Source: Akkermansiaceae bacterium
Lineage (GTDB): Bacteria; Gemmatimonadota; Gemmatimonadetes; Palauibacterales; Palauibacteraceae
Assembly (NCBI GenBank): GCA_964195715.1
Contig: CAXMRU010000183.1
Location: 12,509-76,508, forward strand
Direction of reading: 5' to 3'
DNA: 64,000 nucleotides
The number at the start of each line of letters is the position of its first letter. The stretch's first letter is position 1. Below, piece by piece: positions 10,062-19,745 of the stretch. Made by a program: the position numbers and the translations under genes. The notes below the pieces were generated by a model that saw only the letters and a list, made by a program, of their open reading frames with translations, made no database searches and was not told the DNA's origin.

Positions 10062-12629
10062 TCAACGCAGGCGCGGACCATATAGAAGAGCGTTCGTGAA
10101 CATCACGAAGTTCGCAGGCCACATGAGACGAAACAGTGGATCATCAGCAAAGAGAATGACTTTGCCACTTCCGACTCTCGCGAGGCTCAGCCATGTGGAG
10201 GAACCGATCTCCGCCAGCTTCGCGTCGCTCACGAAGCCACTCACTGCCTCAAGAGGTTCAGCGAAAGAAGCGATCGTTACATGCTCCGCGGCGGGCTCGA
10301 ACACCAGGTCATTCAAGTGCAGCGCGAATACCTCCCCGGCCTCGTTTCCGAGCCCTGCGCCCCACGCCAGGGGATGGGCCCGATCGAGAGTGAGGGGCAG
10401 GATGATCCCGGTGACCGCATCGTCCCACGCGTCCGAACGGCGCTCCTGGATCGTGCGCAGTCCCAGGCGTCTCGTCTCTTCGTCCGAGACCTCGGCATCC
10501 TCCCCGGACCGCGGCTCGATCTCGGTGAGGTTTTTCGATGCCCAACGAGCGGAGGAGCCCAGCGCTATCAGCGTCCCTCCCCCGCGCAACCATTCCTTCA
10601 GACCCTCTTCCTCCGACGACAGTGCATCGGCCGCGTTTCCAGCTGGCAACACGAGCACGTCGTACTGGTTCAAGCCGGGGCGGCTAATCGATCCCGCCTC
10701 CAGGGCATCGAACGGAATGCCGGAGATCACCTCGAGCAGATACCACACGGCGCCCACGCTGGTCGGCGACAGACCCGACCCCGACAGGACTCCGACTCGC
10801 GGTGCCACCAGAGTGATGGAGGACCCCGTTCCAAGGTCATGACCCGAGGCTGTGGTTCCAGTCGAGACAGCATGTGTGAGGCCGGCGAGTCCCGCGACGC
10901 GCAGGGCCTGCCCTGCTCCCTCGTCGCCCGGCACGAAAAGCGTTCCGGCGGGCCAGGATCTTCCGTCCTGTTCGAACGCTTCGCGGAGAGCGAACGCGCG
11001 ACCCCCTTCCACCAGGTAACGGACCAGGGGCCCCGATGCCTCGAATGACGGCAGCACCAGCCACCCGTAGGCCTCGCGGGAGGAGTCGACTGCCTCAGGC
11101 TCCCTGAGCACGGGCACATCGAAGAACACCCCATCAGCCGTCGAATTCGTCGAGTGGGCCTCGACCCCGTACGCGTACGGGAGTGACCAGGCCGTGATGT
11201 CGTACGTACCGTCGACCCCATCGCCGAGGAAGATCTCGGGTTGAAGAAGCGTGGCCGCAAGTCGCCCGCGCGCCTGACGGGACGGGACCCGGAATGTCCC
11301 CACGGGAAACTCGACTCGATCGGCATGGCCCGGGTGAGGCTGCGCCGCGGACCTGAACGGACGCGTGGCCCGTTCGACGCGGACACCCTGCACTTGAAGG
11401 AACGCAACCAGCGATCGAACTACTGACGGGTCGGGACCGGGGATGAGAAGGACGTCCGGTTGATCAGTTCCCTGGCTTCGGTGGAATCCGGCGAATTCGG
11501 TGACCAACTGCGTCTTCCGGGCCGCAGTCGCCCGAAGTGTGGCCAGGCCCGCCACACGGTGGTGTGTCGCCCGATCCCGCAACGTGAGCTCCCTTCCGTC
11601 CGGACGACGCACGGCAAGGCCCGCCCCGCGGCTTCCAGCCTGCTCGTACGTCATCCCGATCGCCCCGACCAGACTGGGCCAGCTGTCGCCAAACCCGGGA
11701 TAGAACATGTCGAATGTCTCGCCGGTGTAGTACAACCACCGTCTCCGGTCGAACTCGGCGGCGTTGGCTCGGCCGAAGTACTCCGCCCAACGCAGCGTGT
11801 AGTCGGGATAGATCGGGTTCAGGGGCTCTGCCGCCGGGAAGAAAAAGTAGCTGCTGCCGTAGCCCATTTCGTGGAAGTCCACGTGCACCTGTGGGTTCCA
11901 CCGCTGCCACTGAAGAAGGCGAGCGCGCGTCTCACCTTGAGTCGCCCAGGTCCAGTCTCGGTTCAGATCAAACAGGTAGTGATTGTAGCGCCCCCCCGGC
12001 CACGGTGGATGGTGCTCGAGGCTGGCGGGCTCCGGGTTCGGTTCGGCGCCCCGAGATCCCCGATACCACTGCACGTAGCGATCCCTGCCGTCCGGGTTCG
12101 CCATAGGATCGATGATCACGACGACGGAATCCAGGATGCCGCCAGTTCCCTCACCGTCACTTGCCAGATCCCAGGCCGTCCACAGAGCGGCCTCCGTTGA
12201 TGCGCTCTCGTCACCGTGCACTCCGTACGTGAACCAGGCGACGGCCGGATTCTCACCAGCTATCCTGGAGGCCTCCGCAGCGGGGAGATCCGGATTCACC
12301 AGTCTGGCGTTGGCGGCGAGTATCCTGTCCATCTGGCCCTGGCTGCGCACGGACGCGACCACCAGCAGCAACAGGGGTCGCCCTTCGGCCGTCGTACCGT
12401 AACGGATCAGTCTCACGCGGTCCGAGGCCGCGTCCAGGGCCTCAGCATATCGCACGACCTGGGCCGCATCGGTGAACCTCTCCCCGAGGGCATGCCCCAA
12501 CACGTCCTCGGGAGAGGGGGCGGTCTGGGCTCCAGCTCTGGCGGCGGTAACGAGCAGCAGAACCAGCGAGAGTCGAAGGCCAGGGTGCATCGGAATAGAT
12601 CCTCTCTTCGTGGCGATCGGGGCCCGCAA
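10062..12629 (-). CDS. Secreted M14-family zinc carboxypeptidase-like protein with large C-terminal extension
   Basis: Signal peptide (LRLSLVLLLVTAARAGA). M14 motifs HGDE (VHGDESAS) and NRDW. About 500 additional C-terminal residues of unknown function. Confidence 0.7.
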   Translation of the reverse strand: MRAPIATKRGSIPMHPGLRLSLVLLLVTAARAGAQTAPSPEDVLGHALGERFTDAAQVVRYAEALDAASDRVRLIRYGTTAEGRPLLLLVVASVRSQGQMDRILAANARLVNPDLPAAEASRIAGENPAVAWFTYGVHGDESASTEAALWTAWDLASDGEGTGGILDSVVVIIDPMANPDGRDRYVQWYRGSRGAEPNPEPASLEHHPPWPGGRYNHYLFDLNRDWTWATQGETRARLLQWQRWNPQVHVDFHEMGYGSSYFFFPAAEPLNPIYPDYTLRWAEYFGRANAAEFDRRRWLYYTGETFDMFYPGFGDSWPSLVGAIGMTYEQAGSRGAGLAVRRPDGRELTLRDRATHHRVAGLATLRATAARKTQLVTEFAGFHRSQGTDQPDVLLIPGPDPSVVRSLVAFLQVQGVRVERATRPFRSAAQPHPGHADRVEFPVGTFRVPSRQARGRLAATLLQPEIFLGDGVDGTYDITAWSLPYAYGVEAHSTNSTADGVFFDVPVLREPEAVDSSREAYGWLVLPSFEASGPLVRYLVEGGRAFALREAFEQDGRSWPAGTLFVPGDEGAGQALRVAGLAGLTHAVSTGTTASGHDLGTGSSITLVAPRVGVLSGSGLSPTSVGAVWYLLEVISGIPFDALEAGSISRPGLNQYDVLVLPAGNAADALSSEEEGLKEWLRGGGTLIALGSSARWASKNLTEIEPRSGEDAEVSDEETRRLGLRTIQERRSDAWDDAVTGIILPLTLDRAHPLAWGAGLGNEAGEVFALHLNDLVFEPAAEHVTIASFAEPLEAVSGFVSDAKLAEIGSSTWLSLARVGSGKVILFADDPLFRLMWPANFVMFTNALLYGPRLR

Positions 12630-12754
12630 GCACGCGGGTTCGGACCGGGGTCCGGCTCGCGGGCCGAACCTTCGCCGAACCTAGCGATGGTCTCGGGAGG
12701 TATCAATCGACAAAGAGCCGTGTATCCGTAGATCTGGCCTCAGGAGGACAGACG

Positions 12755-13363
12755 TTGGAGATTGAAAGTATGATGACCGTCAATCGAACGAAGACCCTGG
12801 GTGGCGTGTTGCTCTTGATGACACTGGCGTCTGGATGCGTGGAGCGCGCGCCGGAGGAGGTCGCCGGCCCCGTCACCGATGACGTCTACGTCGACGTGAT
12901 GACCCAATTGCTACTCGTCGACGTGAATCCGCCGAAGGGCGCCTCGGCAGAGGAGCGTGAGGCCAGGGAGGACTCGGTCAGGGCGAAGATCCTTGCCGAC
13001 CATGGGGTTACCTCGGGGGACGTACTGCGTTACGCGGATGCGCTCGGCAGTGAAGCCGGGCGAATGGAAACGCTGTGGCAGAGGATCACGCAGCAGTTCG
13101 ACTCGACTCGCATCGCGAACCTCGAGCGAGAGACGGAAGCCCTGTCAGAGCCCGAGGGCAAGCTCGGTGAAGACGCCAGAGTGGCACAACAGGAATCGAC
13201 GGACGCCGATTCTGACCCGGTAGTCACAAGCGCCGTTGCCGACGAGAGGGGTGCACGCGCGGTGACGGATTCAGGCGCGGCGACCCCGCGCACCCGGCGG
13301 CCGGCGAAGCGGACGTCCCCCGGACGACGGATCGTCGCGGACTCGACAGAGCAGAGGCGCTGA
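12755..13363 (+). CDS. Hypothetical lipoprotein
   Basis: AGGAGG RBS 7 nt before the TTG at 12755. Signal peptide with lipobox LASGC. Acidic, low-complexity remainder. Confidence 0.5.
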   Translation: MEIESMMTVNRTKTLGGVLLLMTLASGCVERAPEEVAGPVTDDVYVDVMTQLLLVDVNPPKGASAEEREAREDSVRAKILADHGVTSGDVLRYADALGSEAGRMETLWQRITQQFDSTRIANLERETEALSEPEGKLGEDARVAQQESTDADSDPVVTSAVADERGARAVTDSGAATPRTRRPAKRTSPGRRIVADSTEQRR

Positions 13364-13542
13364 AGGGCCGACCGAAACATGCCTCAGCGCCAACATTGGC
13401 AGGCATTCCCCGGTCTTGGTTGAGGTGCCGGTCCGTGGTAGCTTGGCCCGGTAGCAGACCAACCAGTCACACGTTCAGAGAGCCAACCGTACACCCCCGT
13501 TGGGCGGCATGCCCGACGATCGCTTGAAAGGCAGCGCGACCC

Positions 13543-14376
13543 TTGACCCGGGAGTCGAGCCTGGCAGAAGGTCACGAACGATCGACCGGAAACCGAATCC
13601 CGGTGACGTGGATCCGCAGCATCGGTCGAGTGGGGCTGACGGTCACCCGTCACCTCGGGCGCGCGGGCGTGCTGTGGGGCGCGACCATGCTGGCACTGCT
13701 CCACCCGCGCGACCACATCCGGGAGACGTTCCGGCAGGCGAAGGAGATCGGAGTAGACAGTCTGCCTCTCGTGCTCTTCGTCGCATCGCTGAGCGGTTCC
13801 ATCCTGGCTCAGCAGGCTGGATATCAGCTCACGGAACTCCCGATGTGGATCGTTGGAAACACGGTGGCGGCGGGTATGCTCACCGAGCTCGGCCCCCTGC
13901 TCTCCGCGATCATCATGGCGGGCAGCGTGGGGGCCGGCATCGGAGCCGAGCTCGGAACGATGAAGGTGACGGATCAGTTGGACGCCATGCGTACCCTGGG
14001 TCGCGATCCGGTCGAGGAGCTCGTTGCTCCCAGGGTGGTCGCAGGGGCGATCATGATGCTCCCGATCGTGATCCTCGCCAATATCGTGGGCATATGGAGC
14101 GGGTGGATCACGGCGCTCGCGATGCTCGACATGACGACACACGAATACGTGTATGGCGTTCAGTCCTATTACCACTCCGCCGCCCTGATTTTCTCCCTCC
14201 TCAAGGGCGTGATCTTTGGAATCACGATCACGTTCGTAGGCTGCTACGTGGGCATGCAGGCCGAGGGCGGCGCTGCCGGTGTCGGCCGCACGGTCCGGAA
14301 CACGGTGGTCGCCATCATCGTGGCGGTGATGGTGCTCGATGTTGTTCTCGCACCGCTCTACAAGGCTGTCGGATGA
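13543..14376 (+). CDS. mlaE: Phospholipid ABC transporter permease MlaE
   Basis: 277-aa multi-TM protein with MlaE/YrbE-family similarity. Its stop overlaps the mlaF start (ATGA). Confidence 0.85.
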   Translation: MTRESSLAEGHERSTGNRIPVTWIRSIGRVGLTVTRHLGRAGVLWGATMLALLHPRDHIRETFRQAKEIGVDSLPLVLFVASLSGSILAQQAGYQLTELPMWIVGNTVAAGMLTELGPLLSAIIMAGSVGAGIGAELGTMKVTDQLDAMRTLGRDPVEELVAPRVVAGAIMMLPIVILANIVGIWSGWITALAMLDMTTHEYVYGVQSYYHSAALIFSLLKGVIFGITITFVGCYVGMQAEGGAAGVGRTVRNTVVAIIVAVMVLDVVLAPLYKAVG

Positions 14377-15110
14377 TCGAGATTCAAGGCCTGAGGAAGA
14401 ACCTCAACGGTAAGTGGGTGTTGAACGGAGTAGACCTGGATATCCACGAGGGAATGAGCCTCGTGATCATGGGTCCCTCCGGTACCGGCAAGAGCGTCCT
14501 GCTGAAGCACATTGTGGGGTTATTCGACCCGGACGAGGGGGAGGTGCTCGTCGAAGGGATGTCCGTGCCGAGAGCGAACGGCAAGCAGATCCGGGAGATT
14601 CGCTCCCGGATCAGCTACGTGTTCCAGAACTCGGCTCTGTTCGATTCCCTTACGGCCGGGCAGAACATCCAGCTCGGGCTCCCACCCGAAGCCTGCCGCG
14701 GCCAGGACGCACACCGTTGCCCGCGCGTGCGCGAGGCCGTCGAGCACGTGAATCTGGAAGCGGACGTGCTCACGCTGCTGCCCTCCGAGCTGTCCGGCGG
14801 GATGCAGAAGCGGGTCGCTATTGCACGGGCAATCGTCGGCCGCCAGAAGTACATTCTGTATGACGAGCCCACGACGGGACTTGACCCGGTCAACGCGAAC
14901 GTGATCAACCGGCTGATCGCCAGGCTTCAGGGCGAGATCGGCGCCACGAGCGTCATCGTGACTCACGACGTAGAGTCGGCCTTCTACCTGGGGGACAGCA
15001 TCGTTCTCCTGGCAGACGGGAAGGTCCAGGTGCAGGGTACCCCGACCGAGCTCCGCGAATCGTCGGACCCCGTCGTGCAGGACTTCCTCCACCCGAAACT
15101 CAGATCATAG
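14373..15110 (+). CDS. mlaF: Phospholipid ABC transporter ATP-binding protein MlaF
   Basis: Starts MIEIQGL. Walker A GPSGTGKS, ABC signature LSGGMQKR, Walker B ILYDEPT. The track merged it into the longer 13500..15110 ORF. Confidence 0.85.
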   Translation: MIEIQGLRKNLNGKWVLNGVDLDIHEGMSLVIMGPSGTGKSVLLKHIVGLFDPDEGEVLVEGMSVPRANGKQIREIRSRISYVFQNSALFDSLTAGQNIQLGLPPEACRGQDAHRCPRVREAVEHVNLEADVLTLLPSELSGGMQKRVAIARAIVGRQKYILYDEPTTGLDPVNANVINRLIARLQGEIGATSVIVTHDVESAFYLGDSIVLLADGKVQVQGTPTELRESSDPVVQDFLHPKLRS

Positions 15111-15120
15111 GTAACGTTCG

Positions 15121-16047
15121 ATGCGTGACCCAGGCTTGAGAGACCAATACAGGACGGAGCTTCAAGTCGGACTGCTCCTCATCATCAGTTTCTTCGCGTT
15201 GATCATGGGTATCGCGTGGATCTCGGGCAGTCAGCCGGGGGGAGAACGGCTCTCGATAACCGCGATCGCTCCGGAGGCGGCATCCGTAACGGAAGGCACC
15301 CGCATCACCCTGCTCGGAGTCGACGTGGGAGAGGTCAGGCGGGTCGTCCTCCGGCAGGACCACGTCGCGATGGAGCTCGTCGTCTCGTTCGAGGGCCGGC
15401 TGCCCAACGACACACGCGGCGAGGTGAAAGCGTCGGGTTTCCTTGGCGCCAACGTTGTCGCGCTCCTGCCCGGCACCTCGAGCGAGCTTCTCTCATCGGG
15501 TGACACGATCGCGGCAGCACCCGCCCCCGGTCTGAACGAACTGGCGGGACAGCTTGGAGATCGGGCAGGGCTGGTTCTCGAGCAGGCCCGGAAGCTCCTC
15601 TCAGACAGCATGATCGGCGATATGCACTCGGCAGTCGGCTCGCTCGCATCTGGTTTGGAAGACATTGAGATTCTGCTCGAACGCGAAGCCGCCGCGCTGG
15701 AAGAGATGATCGGTGCTCTGAGCGAGACAGCGAAGGAGCTGGCCGAGGCCGCCTCAGGACCGGAGATCGATCGTACGCTGGCCAACATCGACACTCTGAC
15801 CACGCGCCTGGCAGCTGCCAGCGTCGACCTGGGCTCGAGCGGCGAATCTCTGGCATCGATCCTCTCCAAGATCGACGAAGGAGAGGGCACGCTGGCGAGG
15901 ATGGTCAACGACGGCGAGCTCTACGAAAGGCTGACAGGAGCGACCGAGAACATCCAGGCAGCCTCCGAAGAGATTGCGCTCCTGACGCGCGATGTCAGGG
16001 AACAGCCCGACAAGTATCTTGGGAACCTGAAATTCTCGGTCTTCTGA
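15121..16047 (+). CDS. mlaD: MCE-family protein MlaD
   Basis: N-terminal TM followed by an MCE domain (ITLLGVDVGEVRRV...), with a C-terminal helical extension. Confidence 0.8.
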   Translation: MRDPGLRDQYRTELQVGLLLIISFFALIMGIAWISGSQPGGERLSITAIAPEAASVTEGTRITLLGVDVGEVRRVVLRQDHVAMELVVSFEGRLPNDTRGEVKASGFLGANVVALLPGTSSELLSSGDTIAAAPAPGLNELAGQLGDRAGLVLEQARKLLSDSMIGDMHSAVGSLASGLEDIEILLEREAAALEEMIGALSETAKELAEAASGPEIDRTLANIDTLTTRLAAASVDLGSSGESLASILSKIDEGEGTLARMVNDGELYERLTGATENIQAASEEIALLTRDVREQPDKYLGNLKFSVF

Positions 16048-16086
16048 TGGGGCGAAGTCCCGCGGCGAGCGGCCCGTGGAATCCGG

Positions 16087-17376
16087 TCAGAACACGGCCC
16101 GGAAGAGCTGGATCGCGCCGTACCCCGCCAGAATCACCACGACGGCAATCATGGTGCGACGGCTGAGCAGCGGCCAGCGTCTCGCGGACGTCTCCGTCAC
16201 CTGGTAACTGCCGGTCTGCTGCACTCCGTCCCGGCTGATCTCGAACAGCCAGGCCAGGATCAGAGCGATCGGAAAGCCGACGGCGAGACCCAGCAGGATC
16301 CACCCCTCCCACGTGATGTACTCACCAGCCACGTCGACGATTCCGATGAGCGCCAGCGAGACCGCCATGTATACGGCGCCAACGTTGTACACCTTCCGCC
16401 GCTTGAGCTCCTCCCAGAACGACAGTCCGCCCCCCAACCCACGCGCTTGAGTGATGGCACCGGTCGTGGTGTGCGTGCCCATCACGGGCGATGGCATGAG
16501 GCCGGGGGTGCTGACCGTGGTGTAACCGCTGGTAAGCATGCCCGCCCCTGCTTGTACCGCTTCGGCGTAGTGGCTCGCCTCGGTGTACCGATCGGCGGGA
16601 AGCCGGGCTAGCGCCTTGAGCACTGCCAGGTCCAGCGTCTCCGGAACGGTCTCCCGCAGGAGACTCAGCGATGTCGGCGATTCCGATTGCCGACGCGCCA
16701 TGGTGATCTGGGGGGATCGCCCCGCAAGCGGCGCCTCCCCGGCCAGCATCTCGTACGTGACACACGCGAGTGAGTAGATATCGCTCCTGCCATCCAGCTC
16801 CGCCTCGCCACGCGCCTGCTCCGGGCTCATGTACGCTGGTGTACCAACGGCCATGCCGGTTTCTGTGAGCCGCTCGCCTCCGCCCAGCGTAATGGCACGT
16901 GCAATCCCGAAATCTGTGATCAGGGCATGTCTGCTGGTAAGCAACACGTTCTCGGGCTTGATGTCTCGGTGGATGACTCCCAGCGCGTGCGCGAAGTCGA
17001 GGGCATCGGCGACTTCCGCCGTGATCCGAACCGCTTCCTCCACCGGCAGATACTTCTCGCGCTTCAAGCGATCTCGAAGGGTCTCGCCAGTGATGCACGG
17101 TGTAACGTGGTACAGGAGCCCCTCCGCGTCGCCCGAGTCGTAGAGCGGGAGGATGTGAGGGTGCACGAGACCCGCCGCGATCTCGATCTCCCGCAAGAAC
17201 CGCTGGGCGCCGACGGAAGCGGCGAGCTCCGGCAGCAGTACCTTCACGGCAACCGTACGGTCATGCTTGATGTCCCGCGCCTTGAACACCATCGACATGC
17301 CGCCACGACCCAGCGCCTCCTGGATCTCGTAACGACCCTCGACAGCACGAGAAAGTCGGTCAGCCAGCTTCGGCAT
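16087..17376 (-). CDS. Hanks-type serine/threonine protein kinase with C-terminal transmembrane region
   Basis: Kinase domain starting MPKLADRL...GRYEIQEALGRGGMSMVFKA (ATG ~17376), with VAVK, HRDIKPENVLL, DFGIA and SPEQ motifs. C-terminal hydrophobic segments. The track ORF is spuriously extended to 17754. Confidence 0.85.
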   Translation of the reverse strand: MPKLADRLSRAVEGRYEIQEALGRGGMSMVFKARDIKHDRTVAVKVLLPELAASVGAQRFLREIEIAAGLVHPHILPLYDSGDAEGLLYHVTPCITGETLRDRLKREKYLPVEEAVRITAEVADALDFAHALGVIHRDIKPENVLLTSRHALITDFGIARAITLGGGERLTETGMAVGTPAYMSPEQARGEAELDGRSDIYSLACVTYEMLAGEAPLAGRSPQITMARRQSESPTSLSLLRETVPETLDLAVLKALARLPADRYTEASHYAEAVQAGAGMLTSGYTTVSTPGLMPSPVMGTHTTTGAITQARGLGGGLSFWEELKRRKVYNVGAVYMAVSLALIGIVDVAGEYITWEGWILLGLAVGFPIALILAWLFEISRDGVQQTGSYQVTETSARRWPLLSRRTMIAVVVILAGYGAIQLFRAVF

Positions 17377-17378
17377 GC

Positions 17379-18137
17379 TCACATCCCGGTGGGGTGGTCG
17401 ACGAACCGGCAATCCACTCCGTAGCGATCCGACAGAAGCTCCCCCAGCGCCCGCACACCCGCCGTCTCCGTAGCGTAGTGACCAGCATAGATCACGTTGA
17501 CACCGAGCTCGGTCGCATCGTGGAACGAGTGGTGACTCCCCTCTCCCGTCACGAAGGTATCGAGTCCCTCTGCATGCGCCTGTTCGATCAACGACGCGGC
17601 GGACCCCGTGGCGATCCCTACCCGCCGGACGTGTGCCGGCCCCCCGGCAACCACCCTCGGAGTGTCGCCACAGACCTCCTCCACCTTCCCCACGAATTCC
17701 CGCAGCGACACATCCGTCACCGCCCACACGCCAGCGCCGACGAGATCTCTCCACACTCCGAAGGTCCCCTCGACCGTGAGATCGAGCTGCCCGGCAAGGA
17801 GGACGTTGTTACCTACCTCAGGATGGATGTCAAGAGGAATGTGGGCACTGTACAGGGCCATGTCCCCTTCGAGCAGGGCCTTCAAGCGCCTGTACGAGCG
17901 GCCGGTGACCGGAAGTGGATCACCCCAGAAGAGGCCGTGATGGACGATCAGCAGCTGGGCTCCGTCCCGTACCGCCTCGTCGATCGTGGCCTGGCATGCG
18001 TCGGTGGCGACGCGCACCGACTCGATTGGCGACCGGCAGTAGACCTGGAGGCCGTTCCACGCACCCTGGTAATCCGGCGTACCGCGCACATCGAGGTAGT
18101 CGTCGAGAAACTCCACCAACTCCTGCAGGTCCGCCAC
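17379..18137 (-). CDS. Nif3-family dinuclear metal-centre protein (YqfO/GTP cyclohydrolase 1 type 2-like)
   Basis: 252 aa with Nif3/DUF34 similarity (LLIVHHG...HIPLD...GHYATE). Its stop abuts the kinase start (2-nt spacer). Confidence 0.8.
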   Translation of the reverse strand: MADLQELVEFLDDYLDVRGTPDYQGAWNGLQVYCRSPIESVRVATDACQATIDEAVRDGAQLLIVHHGLFWGDPLPVTGRSYRRLKALLEGDMALYSAHIPLDIHPEVGNNVLLAGQLDLTVEGTFGVWRDLVGAGVWAVTDVSLREFVGKVEEVCGDTPRVVAGGPAHVRRVGIATGSAASLIEQAHAEGLDTFVTGEGSHHSFHDATELGVNVIYAGHYATETAGVRALGELLSDRYGVDCRFVDHPTGM

Positions 18138-18224
18138 GTGTCACTCCTTCCCACCGGGTCTCTGACCGATTGGTAAAGGACCCTGGCTGGCCGGCTGCCC
18201 GGGGTTCTTCAGTAACCTGCCATG

Positions 18225-19697
18225 TCAGTACGCCCGCGCCCTGACGACCTCGTACACCGATGGCTCTCCGCACAAGCACCGCACCGGGGCATTCGGCGAC
18301 CGGAATTCCTCGTCCGGAATGACCCGGATCGTGGACCTGGTGTCGTCCTTGACTTGCTGCTCGCACTCGCCATCCCCGCACCAGCCCGTGAACGCGAAGC
18401 CGCCATCCGTCTCCATAAGCCTCTGGAACTCGGAATAGTCCTCGAGCCCCCTCACTGTGGCAGACTCACGACGCGCCAGGGCTGCCGCAAGCGTCTCTTC
18501 CTGGATCGCATCGAGCATGTCCCGCAGCACCCGGCCCACACCCTCCATCGGAAGAGGAAGCTTGCGGTCAGCTCCCTCGGGCGTGACACGACGGACCGCC
18601 ATCACGCTTTCCGCCTGCACGTCGCGCGGCCCGACCTCGAGGCGCAGCGGGACGCCCCGTCGCTCCCAATCGTAGTACTTCACTCCTGGATTCATGCCCT
18701 CCCGCGCATCGACGTGGACACGCACGCCTGCTTTCTCGAGCTCGATCCGAACGCGCTCACCGGCCTCGAAGACCTGCTCTCGCTGTTCGTCATCTCTCCA
18801 GATCGGCACCACAACGACCTCGTATGGCGCGAGCTTCGGAGGCAGGATCAGGCCAGCGTCATCACCGTGCGCCATGATGAGCGCGCCGATCAGCCTCGTC
18901 GACACACCCCACGAAGTGCTCCACACGAACTCGTGCTCGCCGTCCTCTGTCTGATACCGGACGTCAAACGCGCGCGCGAAGTTCTGACCCAGGTTATGGC
19001 TCGTTCCCGCCTGCAGACCCTTGTTGTCCTTCATCAGGGCCTCGCAAGCGTAGGTGCGCAGGGCACCGGCGAACCGCTCGGAGTCGGTCTTCAGTCCCGT
19101 GATCACCGGCATGGCCATCCAATCTTCCATGAAGGTGCGATAGACTCCAAGCATCCTACGGGTTTCTTCCTCGGCCTCCTCCTCACTGGCGTGTGCCGTG
19201 TGCCCCTCTTGCCACAGGAACTCGGTGGTACGCAGGAACGGGCGCGTCCGCATTTCCCACCGGACCACGTTTGCCCACTGGTTGAGCAGTACCGGTAGAT
19301 CCCGATACGATTGAATCCAGTCGCTCAGGATGGGCCAGATGATGGCTTCCGAGGTCGGCCGCACTACGAGCGGCTCCTCGAGCTCGACCCCTCCCGCATG
19401 AGTTACAATCGCCGTTTCCGGCGCAAACCCCTCGAAGTGCTGTGCTTCCCGGTCCAGCGCGGACTTGGGCAGGAACAGCGGGAAGTACGCGTTCTGATGG
19501 CCGGTGGCTTTGAACATCCCGTCCAGCGCACCCTGCATAAGCTCCCATATCCGATAACCGTAGGGGCGGATGACCATGCAGCCCCGCACCGGCGACTGGC
19601 TGGCCAACTCGGCCTGCTGCACGATTTCGTTGTACCAGGCGGAAAAGTCCTGGCTCTGCGGCGTCAGCTCCCTACCCTTCGCCATGCTCTGTGTCAT
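18225..19697 (-). CDS. proS: Proline--tRNA ligase (archaeal/eukaryotic-type class II)
   Basis: 490 aa with class II aaRS motifs and the ProRS C-terminal zinc-binding domain (CGEPSVYEV...Y at the C-terminus). Confidence 0.9.
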   Translation of the reverse strand: MTQSMAKGRELTPQSQDFSAWYNEIVQQAELASQSPVRGCMVIRPYGYRIWELMQGALDGMFKATGHQNAYFPLFLPKSALDREAQHFEGFAPETAIVTHAGGVELEEPLVVRPTSEAIIWPILSDWIQSYRDLPVLLNQWANVVRWEMRTRPFLRTTEFLWQEGHTAHASEEEAEEETRRMLGVYRTFMEDWMAMPVITGLKTDSERFAGALRTYACEALMKDNKGLQAGTSHNLGQNFARAFDVRYQTEDGEHEFVWSTSWGVSTRLIGALIMAHGDDAGLILPPKLAPYEVVVVPIWRDDEQREQVFEAGERVRIELEKAGVRVHVDAREGMNPGVKYYDWERRGVPLRLEVGPRDVQAESVMAVRRVTPEGADRKLPLPMEGVGRVLRDMLDAIQEETLAAALARRESATVRGLEDYSEFQRLMETDGGFAFTGWCGDGECEQQVKDDTRSTIRVIPDEEFRSPNAPVRCLCGEPSVYEVVRARAY

Positions 19698-19745
19698 CCT
19701 CCGCCAGGGCCTTAACCCGGGCAGCTTCAGTTCTTCAATCGAGCG

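Noticed and set aside
13384-14175. 263-aa - strand ORF
   Set aside because: Antisense to mlaE. His/Arg-rich nonsense composition.
13500-15110. 536-aa + ORF spanning mlaE and mlaF
   Set aside because: An out-of-frame read-through of mlaE that only matches a real protein (MlaF) from the ATG at 14373. Treated as mlaF only.
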